From the NCBI GenBank assembly GCA_964399865.1, contig CAYNRJ010000002.1, positions 22,151-86,150 of the forward strand: a stretch of 64,000 bases of DNA, written 5' to 3'. Positions 19,068 through 29,416 of the stretch are shown here, in pieces (the stretch's first letter is position 1; every line of letters begins with the position of its first letter). This DNA is from an uncultured Candidatus Saccharibacteria bacterium (GTDB lineage Bacteria > Patescibacteriota > Minisyncoccia > Phycocordibacterales > UBA2100). The notes beneath the pieces were generated by a model that saw nothing but the letters and a program-made list of their open reading frames with translations, ran no database searches and had not been told where the DNA came from. The position numbers and the translations under genes are program-made.

Positions 19068-20604
19068 ATTTGTTGGTTATGCCTGCAGCGATGTTATCGA
19101 CCGCGGTCATTGCGGCTAGCATGGAGTGGTCCTGATTGTTGTAACGGTGCATACCGTTGCGTCCCACAGGGAAAAGATTCGTAAATGTATCGAGATAGGC
19201 ACGCACCTGGGGGAACTGCTCATACGCACCGAAGTAGGCCGGGTATGCTTTCGGTTGGCGGATGACGGTGCCATCGATGATTTTAATACCTTGTCTTACG
19301 CCGATTTTCCCTAGCTCCTCTTCACCAAGTTTGATGAGATCAGCATCTTTCATATTCCAGAGCTTATCGCCCTCGTTTACGAAATACTCGAGCCCGATCC
19401 AGCCATTTTCTTGATTTGCGACAAGCTTAGGATGCCAGTTGTGGAAGAGTTGAATGCGACCCACGTGAACTCCCGGCTCGTGCACGTACATCCAGGTGTC
19501 CGTAAGAGGTGAGCCGTCTTTTTCAGTCGGTCGTTTCTCCAGCAGAAGTCCGACAGTGAGGAAATCACGGTACTGCAATTTGCTCGCTATGTTTTTAATT
19601 TCGGACGGGGCGGTCGGCATCATAGAAAGTAGATAGCGAATATCTGCGGTCGAAAATACGAAATCCGCAGGAATGCTTTCTTTCTTTCCATTCTGTTCAA
19701 TTGTCACAGAGGCGATTCGGTTACCTTCTATCTCTAGATTGGTGACTTTCGTACCCATGCGCACTTCGCCGCCCATCTCTTTCACTTTTTTAGCGGCAAC
19801 TTCCCACATCTGACCGGGGCCATACGTCGGATACAGAAATTGCTCGATGAGAGAAGTCTCGACGCCTTTACCTGCAAGAGGGCCGACGCGCGCGAGCTTT
19901 TTCACCGCATGCACAACAGCTTTCTTTATGGAGAGCCCCTTCACGCGCTGTGCGCCCCATTCCGCCGACAATTCAGTGCAGGGAACACCCCACACCTTTT
20001 CCGTATAGGATTTAAAGAATGTCTCATACAGTTCGCGACCGAAGCGGTTCAAGAAGAAGTCCTCAAGTGTTTTCTCAGGACGAATAGGAAGCAGTGCGGC
20101 GAGCGTGTACGTGATGCCGATTTTTACCACCTTGATCGGCCCAAGCTTCCACAGCGTATCGAGAGAAAGTTCTATCGGATATGCAAAAAGTTTTCCGCCG
20201 TAGATTATGCGCGTTTTTCGGGGGCGAACTGTCATGACATTCTCGCCGTCTTTTTCTGTCGCTTCTTTGAGTCCGGCGGTGAGTGCGCGCGTCGTACGCT
20301 GATATGTAATCTCGGCACCCTTTTCCGCGCGCACAGGAAGCATCTCTGCCCACCATTTCATTACACGATCTGATTTTGAAAAGAACCTGTGTCCACCGAT
20401 GTCTATGCGATTGCCTTTGTAATTAACTGTTTTTGAAATACCACCGACATATACGGGATCCATTTCGATCACGATCGGATGCACATCAGTGCGTTTTAGA
20501 AGCTCGAATGCGGCTGTGAGTCCTGCGGGACCCGCGCCTATGATGACCGCGGTTTTTTTCGCACTCATGTTAGGCGCGGAAGAGGAGCCACTTTCGTGCT
20601 CCAA
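19015..20604 (-). CDS. FAD/NAD(P)-binding oxidoreductase (amine-oxidase / UDP-galactopyranose-mutase-like superfamily)
   Basis: [16 protein letters not shown] dinucleotide-binding motif, then ...IDIGGHRFF, a family common in O-antigen loci. About 529 aa. Confidence 0.7.
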   Translation of the reverse strand: MEHESGSSSAPNMSAKKTAVIIGAGPAGLTAAFELLKRTDVHPIVIEMDPVYVGGISKTVNYKGNRIDIGGHRFFSKSDRVMKWWAEMLPVRAEKGAEITYQRTTRALTAGLKEATEKDGENVMTVRPRKTRIIYGGKLFAYPIELSLDTLWKLGPIKVVKIGITYTLAALLPIRPEKTLEDFFLNRFGRELYETFFKSYTEKVWGVPCTELSAEWGAQRVKGLSIKKAVVHAVKKLARVGPLAGKGVETSLIEQFLYPTYGPGQMWEVAAKKVKEMGGEVRMGTKVTNLEIEGNRIASVTIEQNGKKESIPADFVFSTADIRYLLSMMPTAPSEIKNIASKLQYRDFLTVGLLLEKRPTEKDGSPLTDTWMYVHEPGVHVGRIQLFHNWHPKLVANQENGWIGLEYFVNEGDKLWNMKDADLIKLGEEELGKIGVRQGIKIIDGTVIRQPKAYPAYFGAYEQFPQVRAYLDTFTNLFPVGRNGMHRYNNQDHSMLAAMTAVDNIAAGITNKSNLWAINTEEEYHEEKK

Positions 20605-21019
20605 AATTCCATGAGAAGACGACGATGACGCTTGCGAACTTCGAGATCATGAAAAAGAAACCAAAGAGGTCTGTGAAAAGCCAGAGAATAAGTTCGTTGA
20701 GTCCAAGGCCGATAAGGCCGATGACCGCGAATATCAAGAATTCTGCCTTCCAATTTCGTACCGCACGCTGATCAAAAACCCAGTAGATACTTAAGAAGTA
20801 TATGAGAGTGAGACCTAGCGTGAACGCGATCGCGCCAGAATAGAGGTAAGGAACTTCAAATACGCTCGTGAGTACCCAAAGAACACCCGCGTCGACGATA
20901 AGAGCTACCGCAGAAGCCGCAAAATAGCGGATGAACTCATGGATGCCTTTTGAGCCGGCAACTGCGAGGGCAGTATTCGATTCCGCTTCAGGGGTCGTTA
21001 CAATGTCCGATTCGGCCAT
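20570..21019 (-). CDS. GtrA-family small membrane protein
   Basis: About 150 aa with 4 TM helices; [22 protein letters not shown] pattern. Start taken at the internal Met, 57 nt in from the ORF-track start. Sits next to a GT-C gene. Confidence 0.65.
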   Translation of the reverse strand: MAESDIVTTPEAESNTALAVAGSKGIHEFIRYFAASAVALIVDAGVLWVLTSVFEVPYLYSGAIAFTLGLTLIYFLSIYWVFDQRAVRNWKAEFLIFAVIGLIGLGLNELILWLFTDLFGFFFMISKFASVIVVFSWNFGARKWLLFRA

Positions 21020-22404
21020 ATTCGCTTCATTATAGCCCTGACGATGAAGACTGCCGAATACGCCGCGGCGACCCACAGCATTGGCTCAATAGGTAGGCGA
21101 TAGCGTGGCTGGGACACTGGGCTTGTGATGACGGCGTTCGCGAGAATGATGAGGACGGTGAGAAGAAGAAATAGTCGCACGTATCCTTTGGCAAAGAGTG
21201 GACTTATGAACGCGAGCGCAAAAAGAATGACCCACAGAAGTCGCTCAAGTGTGATGGGCCATGAGCTAAGAATATTTCCCATGACGCCGCTCCAGTCTTT
21301 GGCGCGTACAAGTTCGCCGAGCGATGTACCACTCGGAGTGATAAGTGGAACCCGAGCTGAAGAATCGCTTGAGATCGTTGCTCCGATGACGTTGAGTCCG
21401 CTACTAATGAAGAACGGAATCGTGCGCGAAAAATGAAATCCAACGTACGACATGAATCCTTCTTTAAGAAGATGCTCTTTCGCGATTGCACCGAGTTCAT
21501 CTGCATACGAGAAACTCTTGTGTGTATCAAACGCAGAGCCGCCCATAGGTGCGAGGATTGTCTCCCGCTCCTCGTTCACCGAGGAGCCGTGTTTCCACGC
21601 GAGGAATTCTGGGACGTTGTAATAGGCAAGATTGTACGCAGAAACCGACGAGAGTGAGAAGTGTCCGGCGACGACATAATTGCGTAGCATCCACGGCACA
21701 AGAACTGCAGCGAAAAGTGCGAAGGCAACGAGAGCCTTTATGATTCGCTCTCGCACGAGAGTCCCCTGCGGCGCAAAGAAAAGAATCGCGGCAAAGACAG
21801 GAAGCGAAATGTAGAGTCCGAGTGGTCGCACGAGTGTCGCAAGTCCCAGAATTGCACCGATCGCGACTGCGAGACGGTACGAATATTCTTGTGGGAGCTT
21901 GAGTAACAAAAGCATAGCCGCCGCAAACATAAGTGTGTAGAGAACATCTCCGCCCATACCTGTGATGGTTTGAAGAACGAGTGCGGGACTCACACCAACA
22001 CAGAATGCAAGAAAGAGAGCGAGACGGTGTCGCAATTCAACCCTCCGTGCAAAAAGATAAGCAACAGCGCCGATTCCGGCTGCGAGGACAGACTGCACGA
22101 AGAAAAGAAACCAGAAAGAACCATTCGATATAAAAAGCGCGAGCGCCACGAAGAACGGATATCCAGGAGTACGAAATGTTTCTGGCTCGGCATCTTTCGA
22201 TAGTACGAACGCTCCATTTTGCAGGAATGACTCACCAAGTTTTATGTATTGCCCTGAATCTTGCGAAAGTATCCGCTCTTTAAAATCAATCCCATGGCGA
22301 TTATAAAAACTGATGGTGAGCGCAAGGAAGGCAAGATGTACTGTGACAACGACCAAAGAAAGTATTACAAGCTGGCGAACCTCTCGTTTTTGGATGTTGA
22401 ACAT
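20998..22404 (-). CDS. GT-C fold glycosyltransferase (ArnT/PMT/GT39-GT83-like)
   Basis: Polytopic protein with a first periplasmic loop ...PETFRTPGYPFFVA, matching the RxPGYP-like loop motif of ArnT/PMT proteins. Confidence 0.65.
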   Translation of the reverse strand: MFNIQKREVRQLVILSLVVVTVHLAFLALTISFYNRHGIDFKERILSQDSGQYIKLGESFLQNGAFVLSKDAEPETFRTPGYPFFVALALFISNGSFWFLFFVQSVLAAGIGAVAYLFARRVELRHRLALFLAFCVGVSPALVLQTITGMGGDVLYTLMFAAAMLLLLKLPQEYSYRLAVAIGAILGLATLVRPLGLYISLPVFAAILFFAPQGTLVRERIIKALVAFALFAAVLVPWMLRNYVVAGHFSLSSVSAYNLAYYNVPEFLAWKHGSSVNEERETILAPMGGSAFDTHKSFSYADELGAIAKEHLLKEGFMSYVGFHFSRTIPFFISSGLNVIGATISSDSSARVPLITPSGTSLGELVRAKDWSGVMGNILSSWPITLERLLWVILFALAFISPLFAKGYVRLFLLLTVLIILANAVITSPVSQPRYRLPIEPMLWVAAAYSAVFIVRAIMKRIWPNRTL

Positions 22405-22410
22405 GAGGGA

Positions 22411-23124
22411 CTAGCTTTTCTTTACGCACTTGAAAATAAGGCGCTTCATTTTCTTGTGGAGGAATGGGAGAAAGAATGCTGCGAAGAGTTCTACCTTGTG
22501 CTTCCAGCCGTAGTAGTACAAATTGTCCGACCCCTTGTAGCGAGCGATAGTAAGTCCGTGCCTCTCCAGAAGCGAACGCACTTCTTCGAATCTGAAATAA
22601 TGATCATCGATCGGCTGCATTTTCTTGTTGCGGATCTTGTCGTAGAAATCATACGAAGCCCAGTCGCGATTTGGGACTGTGACTATTGCAGTTCCACCTG
22701 GCTTTAAAACGCGGACGAGTTCTGAGACCGCTTTGTCAAAGTCGAGCATGTGCTCGAGGACCTCGGTCATAAAGACGACATCAAACATGGCGCTCTCGTA
22801 AGGAAGTGCTTCTGCATCGCCGACGCGGAGATCAGCGTCGGGGTTTGCCTTTTTCGCTTCCTCGACAAGTTTTGGGGCGATGTCGATGCCAAAAAGTTGC
22901 TGCGATGAGGTACGCGGCACTCTTTTGAGGAGTGAGCCGACACCACAACCAATGTCCAGGATCTTGCCGCTGTAAGAGCCGTGCATAGCGATACAGCGAT
23001 CATAAAAGCCCGTTTCAAGGCCCATTTTATGCACGATAGCGTCGTACCCTGCCGCAATGTCTTGTTTACTTATGTTCCGACCTTCCTCCATATGATTTTC
23101 GTCATAATAGCACCCGAGTCTCAA
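22411..23124 (-). CDS. Class I SAM-dependent methyltransferase (type 11)
   Basis: ILDIGCGVGSL motif I. Confidence 0.75.
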   Translation of the reverse strand: MRLGCYYDENHMEEGRNISKQDIAAGYDAIVHKMGLETGFYDRCIAMHGSYSGKILDIGCGVGSLLKRVPRTSSQQLFGIDIAPKLVEEAKKANPDADLRVGDAEALPYESAMFDVVFMTEVLEHMLDFDKAVSELVRVLKPGGTAIVTVPNRDWASYDFYDKIRNKKMQPIDDHYFRFEEVRSLLERHGLTIARYKGSDNLYYYGWKHKVELFAAFFLPFLHKKMKRLIFKCVKKS

Positions 23125-23157
23125 TTGGCGGGCGCGTGGTATAAATCCTGTACCACT

Positions 23158-23970
23158 ATGGATAGGGATACGAAAAACAGATTCGCGTTTGGCAAGAATT
23201 GGCAGAAATTTCTTCCAAATATCACCGACGAGCGAATAGAGAAGGCGAAGAAGTCTCTCACGAGTTTTCTCGGGATGTCTGATCTTAAGGGTAAGACTTT
23301 CATCGACATTGGAAGTGGCAGCGGGCTTTCTTCATATGCGGCATTTCAGCTTGGCGCGGACCGCATCGTGAGTTTCGACTACGATCAAAATTCTGTCGCT
23401 GCGACAAGAAAAATGTGGGAGAAGGCAGGGAAGCCGCAGAAGTGGAATGTAGAACAAGGATCAGTCCTAGATACGGAGTATTTGAAACAGCTCGGCACAT
23501 TCGACATCGTGTATTCGTGGGGAGTTCTTCATCACACGGGAGACATGTGGAGCGCAATCAGGAATTCCGCGAACATGGTAAAAACTGGTGGCCAGTACTA
23601 CATTGCGCTCTACAATAATGTGGAAGGGCGACTCGGTTCTCGTAAGTGGTTACTCATCAAGAAGATATACAATCGCGCACCGAAGATAGGGAAATTCATT
23701 ATGGACTGGATCTATATTTTTATCTTCCATATTCTTGCGAACTTGCTGCGTTTCAAGAATCCGATTACTGAGATGCGCGCGTACGGAAAATCTCGCGGTA
23801 TGCACTGGCGAGAAGATGTAAGCGATTGGCTCGGCGGATATCCGTACGAGTACGCTTCGTCCGGCGAAGTCTTCGCGTTTATGAAAAAAGAATTTCCAAC
23901 GTTCACACTCACTAATTTGAAAACGACATCGAGCATCGGGAACAATTGGTTCCTCTTCAAACGAGCATGA
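23158..23970 (+). CDS. Class I SAM-dependent methyltransferase
   Basis: FIDIGSGSGLSS motif I. Start placed at the internal Met (MDRDTK) to avoid overlapping the divergent gene; only about 33 bp separate the two divergent starts. Confidence 0.7.
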   Translation: MDRDTKNRFAFGKNWQKFLPNITDERIEKAKKSLTSFLGMSDLKGKTFIDIGSGSGLSSYAAFQLGADRIVSFDYDQNSVAATRKMWEKAGKPQKWNVEQGSVLDTEYLKQLGTFDIVYSWGVLHHTGDMWSAIRNSANMVKTGGQYYIALYNNVEGRLGSRKWLLIKKIYNRAPKIGKFIMDWIYIFIFHILANLLRFKNPITEMRAYGKSRGMHWREDVSDWLGGYPYEYASSGEVFAFMKKEFPTFTLTNLKTTSSIGNNWFLFKRA

Positions 23971-24728
23971 TATTTCTTCGTAGATTTCTTCTTATCTTTT
24001 TTTCTCTTTTTGCTCGGTTTGTCCCGGGGAAGAGACTCACGGTGCTTCTCTATCATTCGATTTCTAACGATTCGTGGCACTACGCGGTGCGTGTGGACGA
24101 ATTCCGGAAGCAGATGAGATACATTGCGGCTCACGCTGATGTTGTCCCAATTTTCACAGTACTCGAGTATGTAAAGGGAAAGAAACTCACGCGAAATGCA
24201 ATCGCCGTGACATTTGATGATGGGTACCGTGACTTCCTCACAAATGCACTTCCTATCCTTAAGGAATTCAATATTCCTGCGACGGTCTTCATGTCCCTGA
24301 CGGAAGCAGATAAGAAAGAGGTTGGGTCGGACAAAGAACTTTTGCGCGAAGAAGATGCAGCCGCGTTGAAAGATCCGCTGGTGAATTTAGCGAGTCATGC
24401 TCTCACACATCGAAAATTGACGCGACTCTCTCCTGCGGAATTGCATCATGAGCTCACGCATTCGCGCGAACTCATAACGGAGCGGTTCGGGCAGACTGTG
24501 GAACAGTTGGCGTATCCGAAAGGAATGTTTTCAAAGGATGTTGTTGAGGCCGCGCGCGGAGCTGGGTACGAAGCGGCATTTACGACCGAACCTCGCTCCG
24601 TTCGGATGGGGGAAGATCCGTACACTCTGCCACGCGTAGAGGTCCATGCGACGACGTCCCTTCCGGAATTCAAGGCACGCCTTACGCGAGCAGCAGATTG
24701 GTACAACGCGATTCGTCGATTCTTTTAA
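23967..24728 (+). CDS. Polysaccharide deacetylase (NodB/CE4), paralog B
   Basis: LLYHSI...VTFDDGYRDFLTNALPILKEFNIPATVFM. ATGA overlap with the upstream stop if the MIFLRRF start is used. Confidence 0.7.
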   Translation: MIFLRRFLLIFFSLFARFVPGKRLTVLLYHSISNDSWHYAVRVDEFRKQMRYIAAHADVVPIFTVLEYVKGKKLTRNAIAVTFDDGYRDFLTNALPILKEFNIPATVFMSLTEADKKEVGSDKELLREEDAAALKDPLVNLASHALTHRKLTRLSPAELHHELTHSRELITERFGQTVEQLAYPKGMFSKDVVEAARGAGYEAAFTTEPRSVRMGEDPYTLPRVEVHATTSLPEFKARLTRAADWYNAIRRFF

Positions 24729-24803
24729 TTGCCAATGGTCTTCTAAATGATAGAGTTTGACGTGTTAAATCGCGGGTAGATTGCACGCTTTTGTAACCAA
24801 CAC

Positions 24804-25700
24804 ATGGCCAACACAGAGACCAAGAAAACAGTCATTGTGACCGGCGGGGCCGGCTTTGTTGGTACGGAATTAATAGGTCTACTTCTTCCAAAGTACCGAG
24901 TTGTCTCGCTAGATAACTATTTCCTCGGCAAGGAATCTAATCATGTGCCAGGTGCTGAGTATATAAAAGGACACACGAAAGATATTGCACAGCTCCTCGG
25001 TGACGAGAAGCCGGTCATTATCTTCCATCTCGGAGAATACTCTCGTGTCGAGCAGAGTTTTAATGATATCGAGCTCGTGTGGAAATCGAATGTTGAGGGC
25101 ACGTTCAGTGTTTTTGAATTTTGGAGGAAACTAAATGCAGCGGGGCACACATGCAAACTCGTGTACGCGGGATCTTCGACGAAGTTTGCCGATGGTGGGC
25201 TTGGGCGCGATCAGAGTCCGTACGCGTGGATGAAAGCAACCAACACAGAATTGGTCATCAACTACAGCGCGTGGTTCAAATTGCCGTATGCGATCACGTA
25301 CTTCTACAATGCGTATGGTCCGCATGAACTCTCTGAAGGTCAGTACGCATCGGTTGTCGGAAGATTCAAAGAGCTTTTTTGGAAAGGGGAGCCAATCACA
25401 GTCACGATGCCGGGGACACAGCGCCGTAATTTCACGCACGTAAATGATCTCGCACGCGGACTTATGATGGTCGGAGAAAAAGGGGAAGGTGACGGCTACG
25501 GACTCGGCGCACCTGATTCATACACCATCCTCGAGATTGCACAGATGTTTGGTGGCGAGATAAAAATGCTTCCAGAGAGAAAGGGGAATCGTATGGAATC
25601 ACAACTCGATACCTCTCGAGCGCAGAAAGAATTTGGATGGAAGGCAGAACATACGATCAAAGAGTATATTGAGTCTCTGAAGAAGCAGAAGAAAAAGTAA
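24804..25700 (+). CDS. NAD-dependent epimerase/dehydratase, short form, paralog B
   Basis: VIVTGGAGFVGTEL; YAWMK. Clear paralog of 4474..5343. Confidence 0.75.
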   Translation: MANTETKKTVIVTGGAGFVGTELIGLLLPKYRVVSLDNYFLGKESNHVPGAEYIKGHTKDIAQLLGDEKPVIIFHLGEYSRVEQSFNDIELVWKSNVEGTFSVFEFWRKLNAAGHTCKLVYAGSSTKFADGGLGRDQSPYAWMKATNTELVINYSAWFKLPYAITYFYNAYGPHELSEGQYASVVGRFKELFWKGEPITVTMPGTQRRNFTHVNDLARGLMMVGEKGEGDGYGLGAPDSYTILEIAQMFGGEIKMLPERKGNRMESQLDTSRAQKEFGWKAEHTIKEYIESLKKQKKK

Positions 25701-25701
25701 T

Positions 25702-26517
25702 ATGAATAAAATTCCGTGCACAGTCGGGATCCTTACGCTGAATTCTTCGAAAACGCTTCGTCGCTGTCTTGACTCCGTAAAAGATTTTGACGAAATCATT
25801 ATTTGCGACGGAAATAGCACAGACAATACACTCGACATCGCACGCGAATACGGCTGCAAAATAGTGAAGCAGTACGATTCTGACGAGCCAAACCTTCGCT
25901 GTGAGACAGACAAAGCGAACGTGCGTAACCGAAATATGGAAACAGCGCGGAATGATTGGTACGTGTACCTCGATTCTGATGACGCGCTCTCGAAAGGAGT
26001 AGTCGAAGAGATCCGCGCTATTGCGACGAATCCGGATCCCCCATTTCTCGTGTACAAAATGCCGATGCATACATTCATCGCAGGGCGCGAAATCAAATAT
26101 TCTTCAAGCTACCCAAGCTATCAGAATCGTTTCTTCAATAGAAAGACAGGTGCGATATTCGTGAAGCCGGTGCATGAACGCATTAAATTCGATCCCGAAA
26201 AATATGCGGTAGGAACTCTGCAGAACCCATACGAGATCCACGTTTCCGCAGAACGTGCGAACAGCGCCCGCGCCTACTACTCGTCGTACGTGGATTTTGA
26301 GATGACGAAATGGGAACCACGCGCATCTTTCTTTGCGTATCTGAAGTGGGTCTATCGGTGGCCAATACGCGGTCTTGGACGCACAGTCATTTACGCTACG
26401 AGAAATTATCTCTTTCACGGATTTAAGCACTCACTCCCAGTCAAAACGGAACTTTTTAAAGCGTGGTACTACATTTCCATGATCGGACAGACATTCCGGA
26501 AACAGCTCGGCATGTAG
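25702..26517 (+). CDS. Glycosyltransferase family 2
   Basis: VGILTLNSS...ICDGNSTDNT...LDSDD DxD motifs. Confidence 0.75.
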   Translation: MNKIPCTVGILTLNSSKTLRRCLDSVKDFDEIIICDGNSTDNTLDIAREYGCKIVKQYDSDEPNLRCETDKANVRNRNMETARNDWYVYLDSDDALSKGVVEEIRAIATNPDPPFLVYKMPMHTFIAGREIKYSSSYPSYQNRFFNRKTGAIFVKPVHERIKFDPEKYAVGTLQNPYEIHVSAERANSARAYYSSYVDFEMTKWEPRASFFAYLKWVYRWPIRGLGRTVIYATRNYLFHGFKHSLPVKTELFKAWYYISMIGQTFRKQLGM

Positions 26518-26523
26518 ACCTGC

Positions 26524-27951
26524 ATGCTTTTTAATTCCTTCGACTTCGCGATTTTTTTTGGGGTCTTCGTCGTCCTCTATTTCGCGCTTCGATCCCGGGT
26601 GCGATATCAAAATCTACTCCTCCTTGCGGGCAGTCTTTTCTTCTACTCCTGGTGGGACTATCGCTTCCTTGCCCTCATTCTCATCATAAGCGTCGGCGTG
26701 TACCTTGCGGGGAAAAAGATCGCAGAGCTGCCGGATGGTCCGAGAAGAAAATGGTGGCTCATAGGATCGATCGTTTTCAGTCTTTCATTTCTAGCGTTCT
26801 TTAAGTATTTCGATTTCTTTATTCAAAGCACTGCAGAAGTCCTTCAATTTTTCGGACTTTCCGCAAACCTCCACGTGCTCGGCATACTCCTCCCCATCGG
26901 TATTTCGTTTTACGTGTTTGAAGCGGTGAGCTACGTGGTCGATATATATAGACGCAATAGCCTCCCTGCGAAACGCTATACGGATTTCCTGCTCTTCCTC
27001 TCATTCTTCCCGCACCTTGTCGCGGGTCCGATCATGCGCGCGAAACAGCTCTTGCCGCAGATAGAAGCGCAGAGAGTGGTGACGGTCGCACTTTTTCACG
27101 AAGGGACCTACCTATTTTTGTGGGGACTTTTCAAGAAAGTGTTCGTAGCTGATAACCTAGGAAAGTTCATCGTCGACCCTGCGTTCGCATCGGGGGACCT
27201 GACAGGATTTGGGTACATGATCGCGCTCTACGCGTTCGGATTCCAAATATATGCGGACTTTTCGGGATACACCGACATGGCGCGCGGCATTGCGAGATGG
27301 CTCGGATTTGATCTGCCGCTCAACTTTGACGCGCCGTACTTCTCACGAAACCCCAGCGACTTCTGGAGAAGATGGCACATTACGCTTTCAAATTGGTACC
27401 GCGATTACGTGTATATACCGCTCGGCGGAAATCGCGGCGGTGTATGGAAGACGTGTATCAATCTCATTCTCACGATGCTTCTTGCCGGACTCTGGCACGG
27501 AGCGAGTTGGACGTATGTGGTATGGGGCGGCTACCAAGGACTTCTTCTTGCAGGACATCGGCTCTGGATCGCGCTTAATGAACGTGCGTCTTCGATTAAA
27601 CGGGTGACCGCGATATTTGGCACTGCCGGGGCAGTAATTCTAATGCTGCAGGCGACGATGATCGGCTGGCTTCCATTCCGCGCGCAAAGTTTCGAACAGG
27701 TGCGTGATATCGCAAGTGCAATCCTGTTTAATTTCGCTCCGACTGCGACACCACTCAAGCCATTTTTGATGCTCGTATTCTTTTCGGCGATCCTTCTCAT
27801 CGCGGAATTCTTCCAATACCGATTGAAGTCACCATTCATACTATGGGGAGCACCACTCTTAATCCGCGTGATTGCGTATCTTCTTGTCATCTACTCGATT
27901 TTTGTCTTTGGCGTCCTTGCCGGCACGCAATTCATTTATTTCCAATTTTGA
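26524..27951 (+). CDS. MBOAT-family membrane O-acyltransferase (AlgI/DltB/PatA-like)
   Basis: Polytopic protein with DFSGYTDMARGIARWLGFDLPLNFDAPY...FWRRWHITLSNWYRDYVYIPLGGNR; the conserved His lies in WHITLS. Confidence 0.85.
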   Translation: MLFNSFDFAIFFGVFVVLYFALRSRVRYQNLLLLAGSLFFYSWWDYRFLALILIISVGVYLAGKKIAELPDGPRRKWWLIGSIVFSLSFLAFFKYFDFFIQSTAEVLQFFGLSANLHVLGILLPIGISFYVFEAVSYVVDIYRRNSLPAKRYTDFLLFLSFFPHLVAGPIMRAKQLLPQIEAQRVVTVALFHEGTYLFLWGLFKKVFVADNLGKFIVDPAFASGDLTGFGYMIALYAFGFQIYADFSGYTDMARGIARWLGFDLPLNFDAPYFSRNPSDFWRRWHITLSNWYRDYVYIPLGGNRGGVWKTCINLILTMLLAGLWHGASWTYVVWGGYQGLLLAGHRLWIALNERASSIKRVTAIFGTAGAVILMLQATMIGWLPFRAQSFEQVRDIASAILFNFAPTATPLKPFLMLVFFSAILLIAEFFQYRLKSPFILWGAPLLIRVIAYLLVIYSIFVFGVLAGTQFIYFQF

Positions 27952-27955
27952 TCCT

Positions 27956-28882
27956 ATGATTTCGAAAGCAGCAACTGGCACCATTCTCCTCATCATTCTC
28001 ATCGAGTTTGGGATTGGTTTTTTTGTACCGCGTTCCGAATTCCTTTATCAATTGAGTAGACCGCTCGATGATGATGAGTTCAGATTTGCACACCGCCTCA
28101 TTTCAGAACCAGGCGCTGTCTTTATTGTCGGATCAAGTCAGGCACGTGAGGATTATGATACCGAGGCGCTCTCAGAGAAACTGGGTGTTTCAGTTAAGAA
28201 TCTCGGGCTTTCTGGCGCCAGCTTCCTTGATTGGTACATGCTCTCAGGCGATTTGATAGAAGAAGAACCCTCCACCATCATCTTTACTACCTACATCGGT
28301 GACATAAACGGATCAATGATCTTCAATCCGCTTCGCTTTGATATTGGAAAGGGGATCGAAGTTGCACGAGGAGACATCTTTGCGATGAGAGAGGGAATGT
28401 TCCGCGGCCTCGTCGCGGAGATCCTCCCAAGCTTTCGGTATCGAGATATTTTTTCTCACGCAATGTATCGCTCTCTCGGAGGTAATACTGAATACGTTGA
28501 GTACGGCGCAATTCAAAATCCCCCGGAATATTTCAAAAACGAACTACAAAATGCCAAGGTGCGGCACACGCTATCCTCGGATGCGGCGCGCCAAAGAGAG
28601 ATGTTCTTGAAATTCGCGAGAGACATACACGAAAAGGGAATTACGCTGATCATAGTGCGCGGCCCTCTGTATCCGGGTTTTGAAAGATTTGTAGACCCTG
28701 CGCTCGAGGATTACTATACAGATACGCTCATGCAGGCATCAGAAGAATTCGGAGCGGTCTATGTGAAGGAAGAAGAGCTGCCGCGTTTCAGTCCGTCTGA
28801 CTTTGCAGACTTCACACACTTGAATAGCGTGGGACGAGCTAAGATGACCGAAAGAATAGCACAACTGATCCCACTACAGTGA
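27956..28882 (+). CDS. SGNH/GDSL-fold partner protein of the MBOAT (AlgJ/AlgX/DltD-like)
   Basis: N-terminal TM anchor. VGSSQ (GDS-like block I). C-terminal DFTHLN (DxxH block V). Starts 5 bp after the MBOAT stop. Confidence 0.6.
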   Translation: MISKAATGTILLIILIEFGIGFFVPRSEFLYQLSRPLDDDEFRFAHRLISEPGAVFIVGSSQAREDYDTEALSEKLGVSVKNLGLSGASFLDWYMLSGDLIEEEPSTIIFTTYIGDINGSMIFNPLRFDIGKGIEVARGDIFAMREGMFRGLVAEILPSFRYRDIFSHAMYRSLGGNTEYVEYGAIQNPPEYFKNELQNAKVRHTLSSDAARQREMFLKFARDIHEKGITLIIVRGPLYPGFERFVDPALEDYYTDTLMQASEEFGAVYVKEEELPRFSPSDFADFTHLNSVGRAKMTERIAQLIPLQ

Positions 28883-28883
28883 T

Positions 28884-29396
28884 ATGCAACTACCAACACT
28901 TTCAGAATTAAAGATGTCGATAAGCTCGTTCATCGAACGAGAGAAGATTTCTTGGCGCACACTTTTCTCTCCGCTAGAGATGCTCGCGATCATGAATCGT
29001 TATCGATTCATCCATTTTCTCGTGATTGGTGGGACTGGGGTCGTCATTAACCTTGGCGTCACCTGGTTTCTCACTACGTTTTTCTTTGGGCTTGAGGACT
29101 ACTTCACCGCGTACATCTGTGGACTCATAGCGAATCTCTTATTTAATTTTGTGTTGTATTCGAAAGTGGTATTCGGTACATCGCGTGATCACACTCGTCG
29201 CCTCATCGTGTTCATGATCTACTCGATTTGTATGGCCTCCTTCCAGGCGTGGCTCGTGAGTGTTCTTGTGCCACTAATTGGTCTGAAATTCTATCTTATA
29301 GTCATCGCAGGGGTTATCGGCTTCTTCTCAATCGTTAATTTCTTTATATTCAAGCTCTCACTCTTCAAGGAGCGCCTCCTTGGTTCGGAAGGTTAA
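28884..29396 (+). CDS. GtrA-family small membrane protein
   Basis: RFIHFLVIGGTGVVINLGVTWFL... and 4 TM helices. Start could be an internal Met (about 28980 to 28992). Confidence 0.65.
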   Translation: MQLPTLSELKMSISSFIEREKISWRTLFSPLEMLAIMNRYRFIHFLVIGGTGVVINLGVTWFLTTFFFGLEDYFTAYICGLIANLLFNFVLYSKVVFGTSRDHTRRLIVFMIYSICMASFQAWLVSVLVPLIGLKFYLIVIAGVIGFFSIVNFFIFKLSLFKERLLGSEG

Positions 29397-29416
29397 AGAG
29401 TAGTACACTTCTCTTC

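Noticed and set aside
24757-24790. Promoter-like TTGACG upstream of the second epimerase gene
   Set aside because: No acceptable -10 hexamer at 16 to 19 nt spacing (TAGATT at 14 nt, otherwise poor matches), so it is not reported as a feature.
25599-26096. 165-aa and 137-aa minus-strand ORFs antisense to the GT2 gene at 25702..26517
   Set aside because: They overlap a gene with clear GT2 DxD motifs and carry no recognisable motifs of their own. Shadow ORFs.
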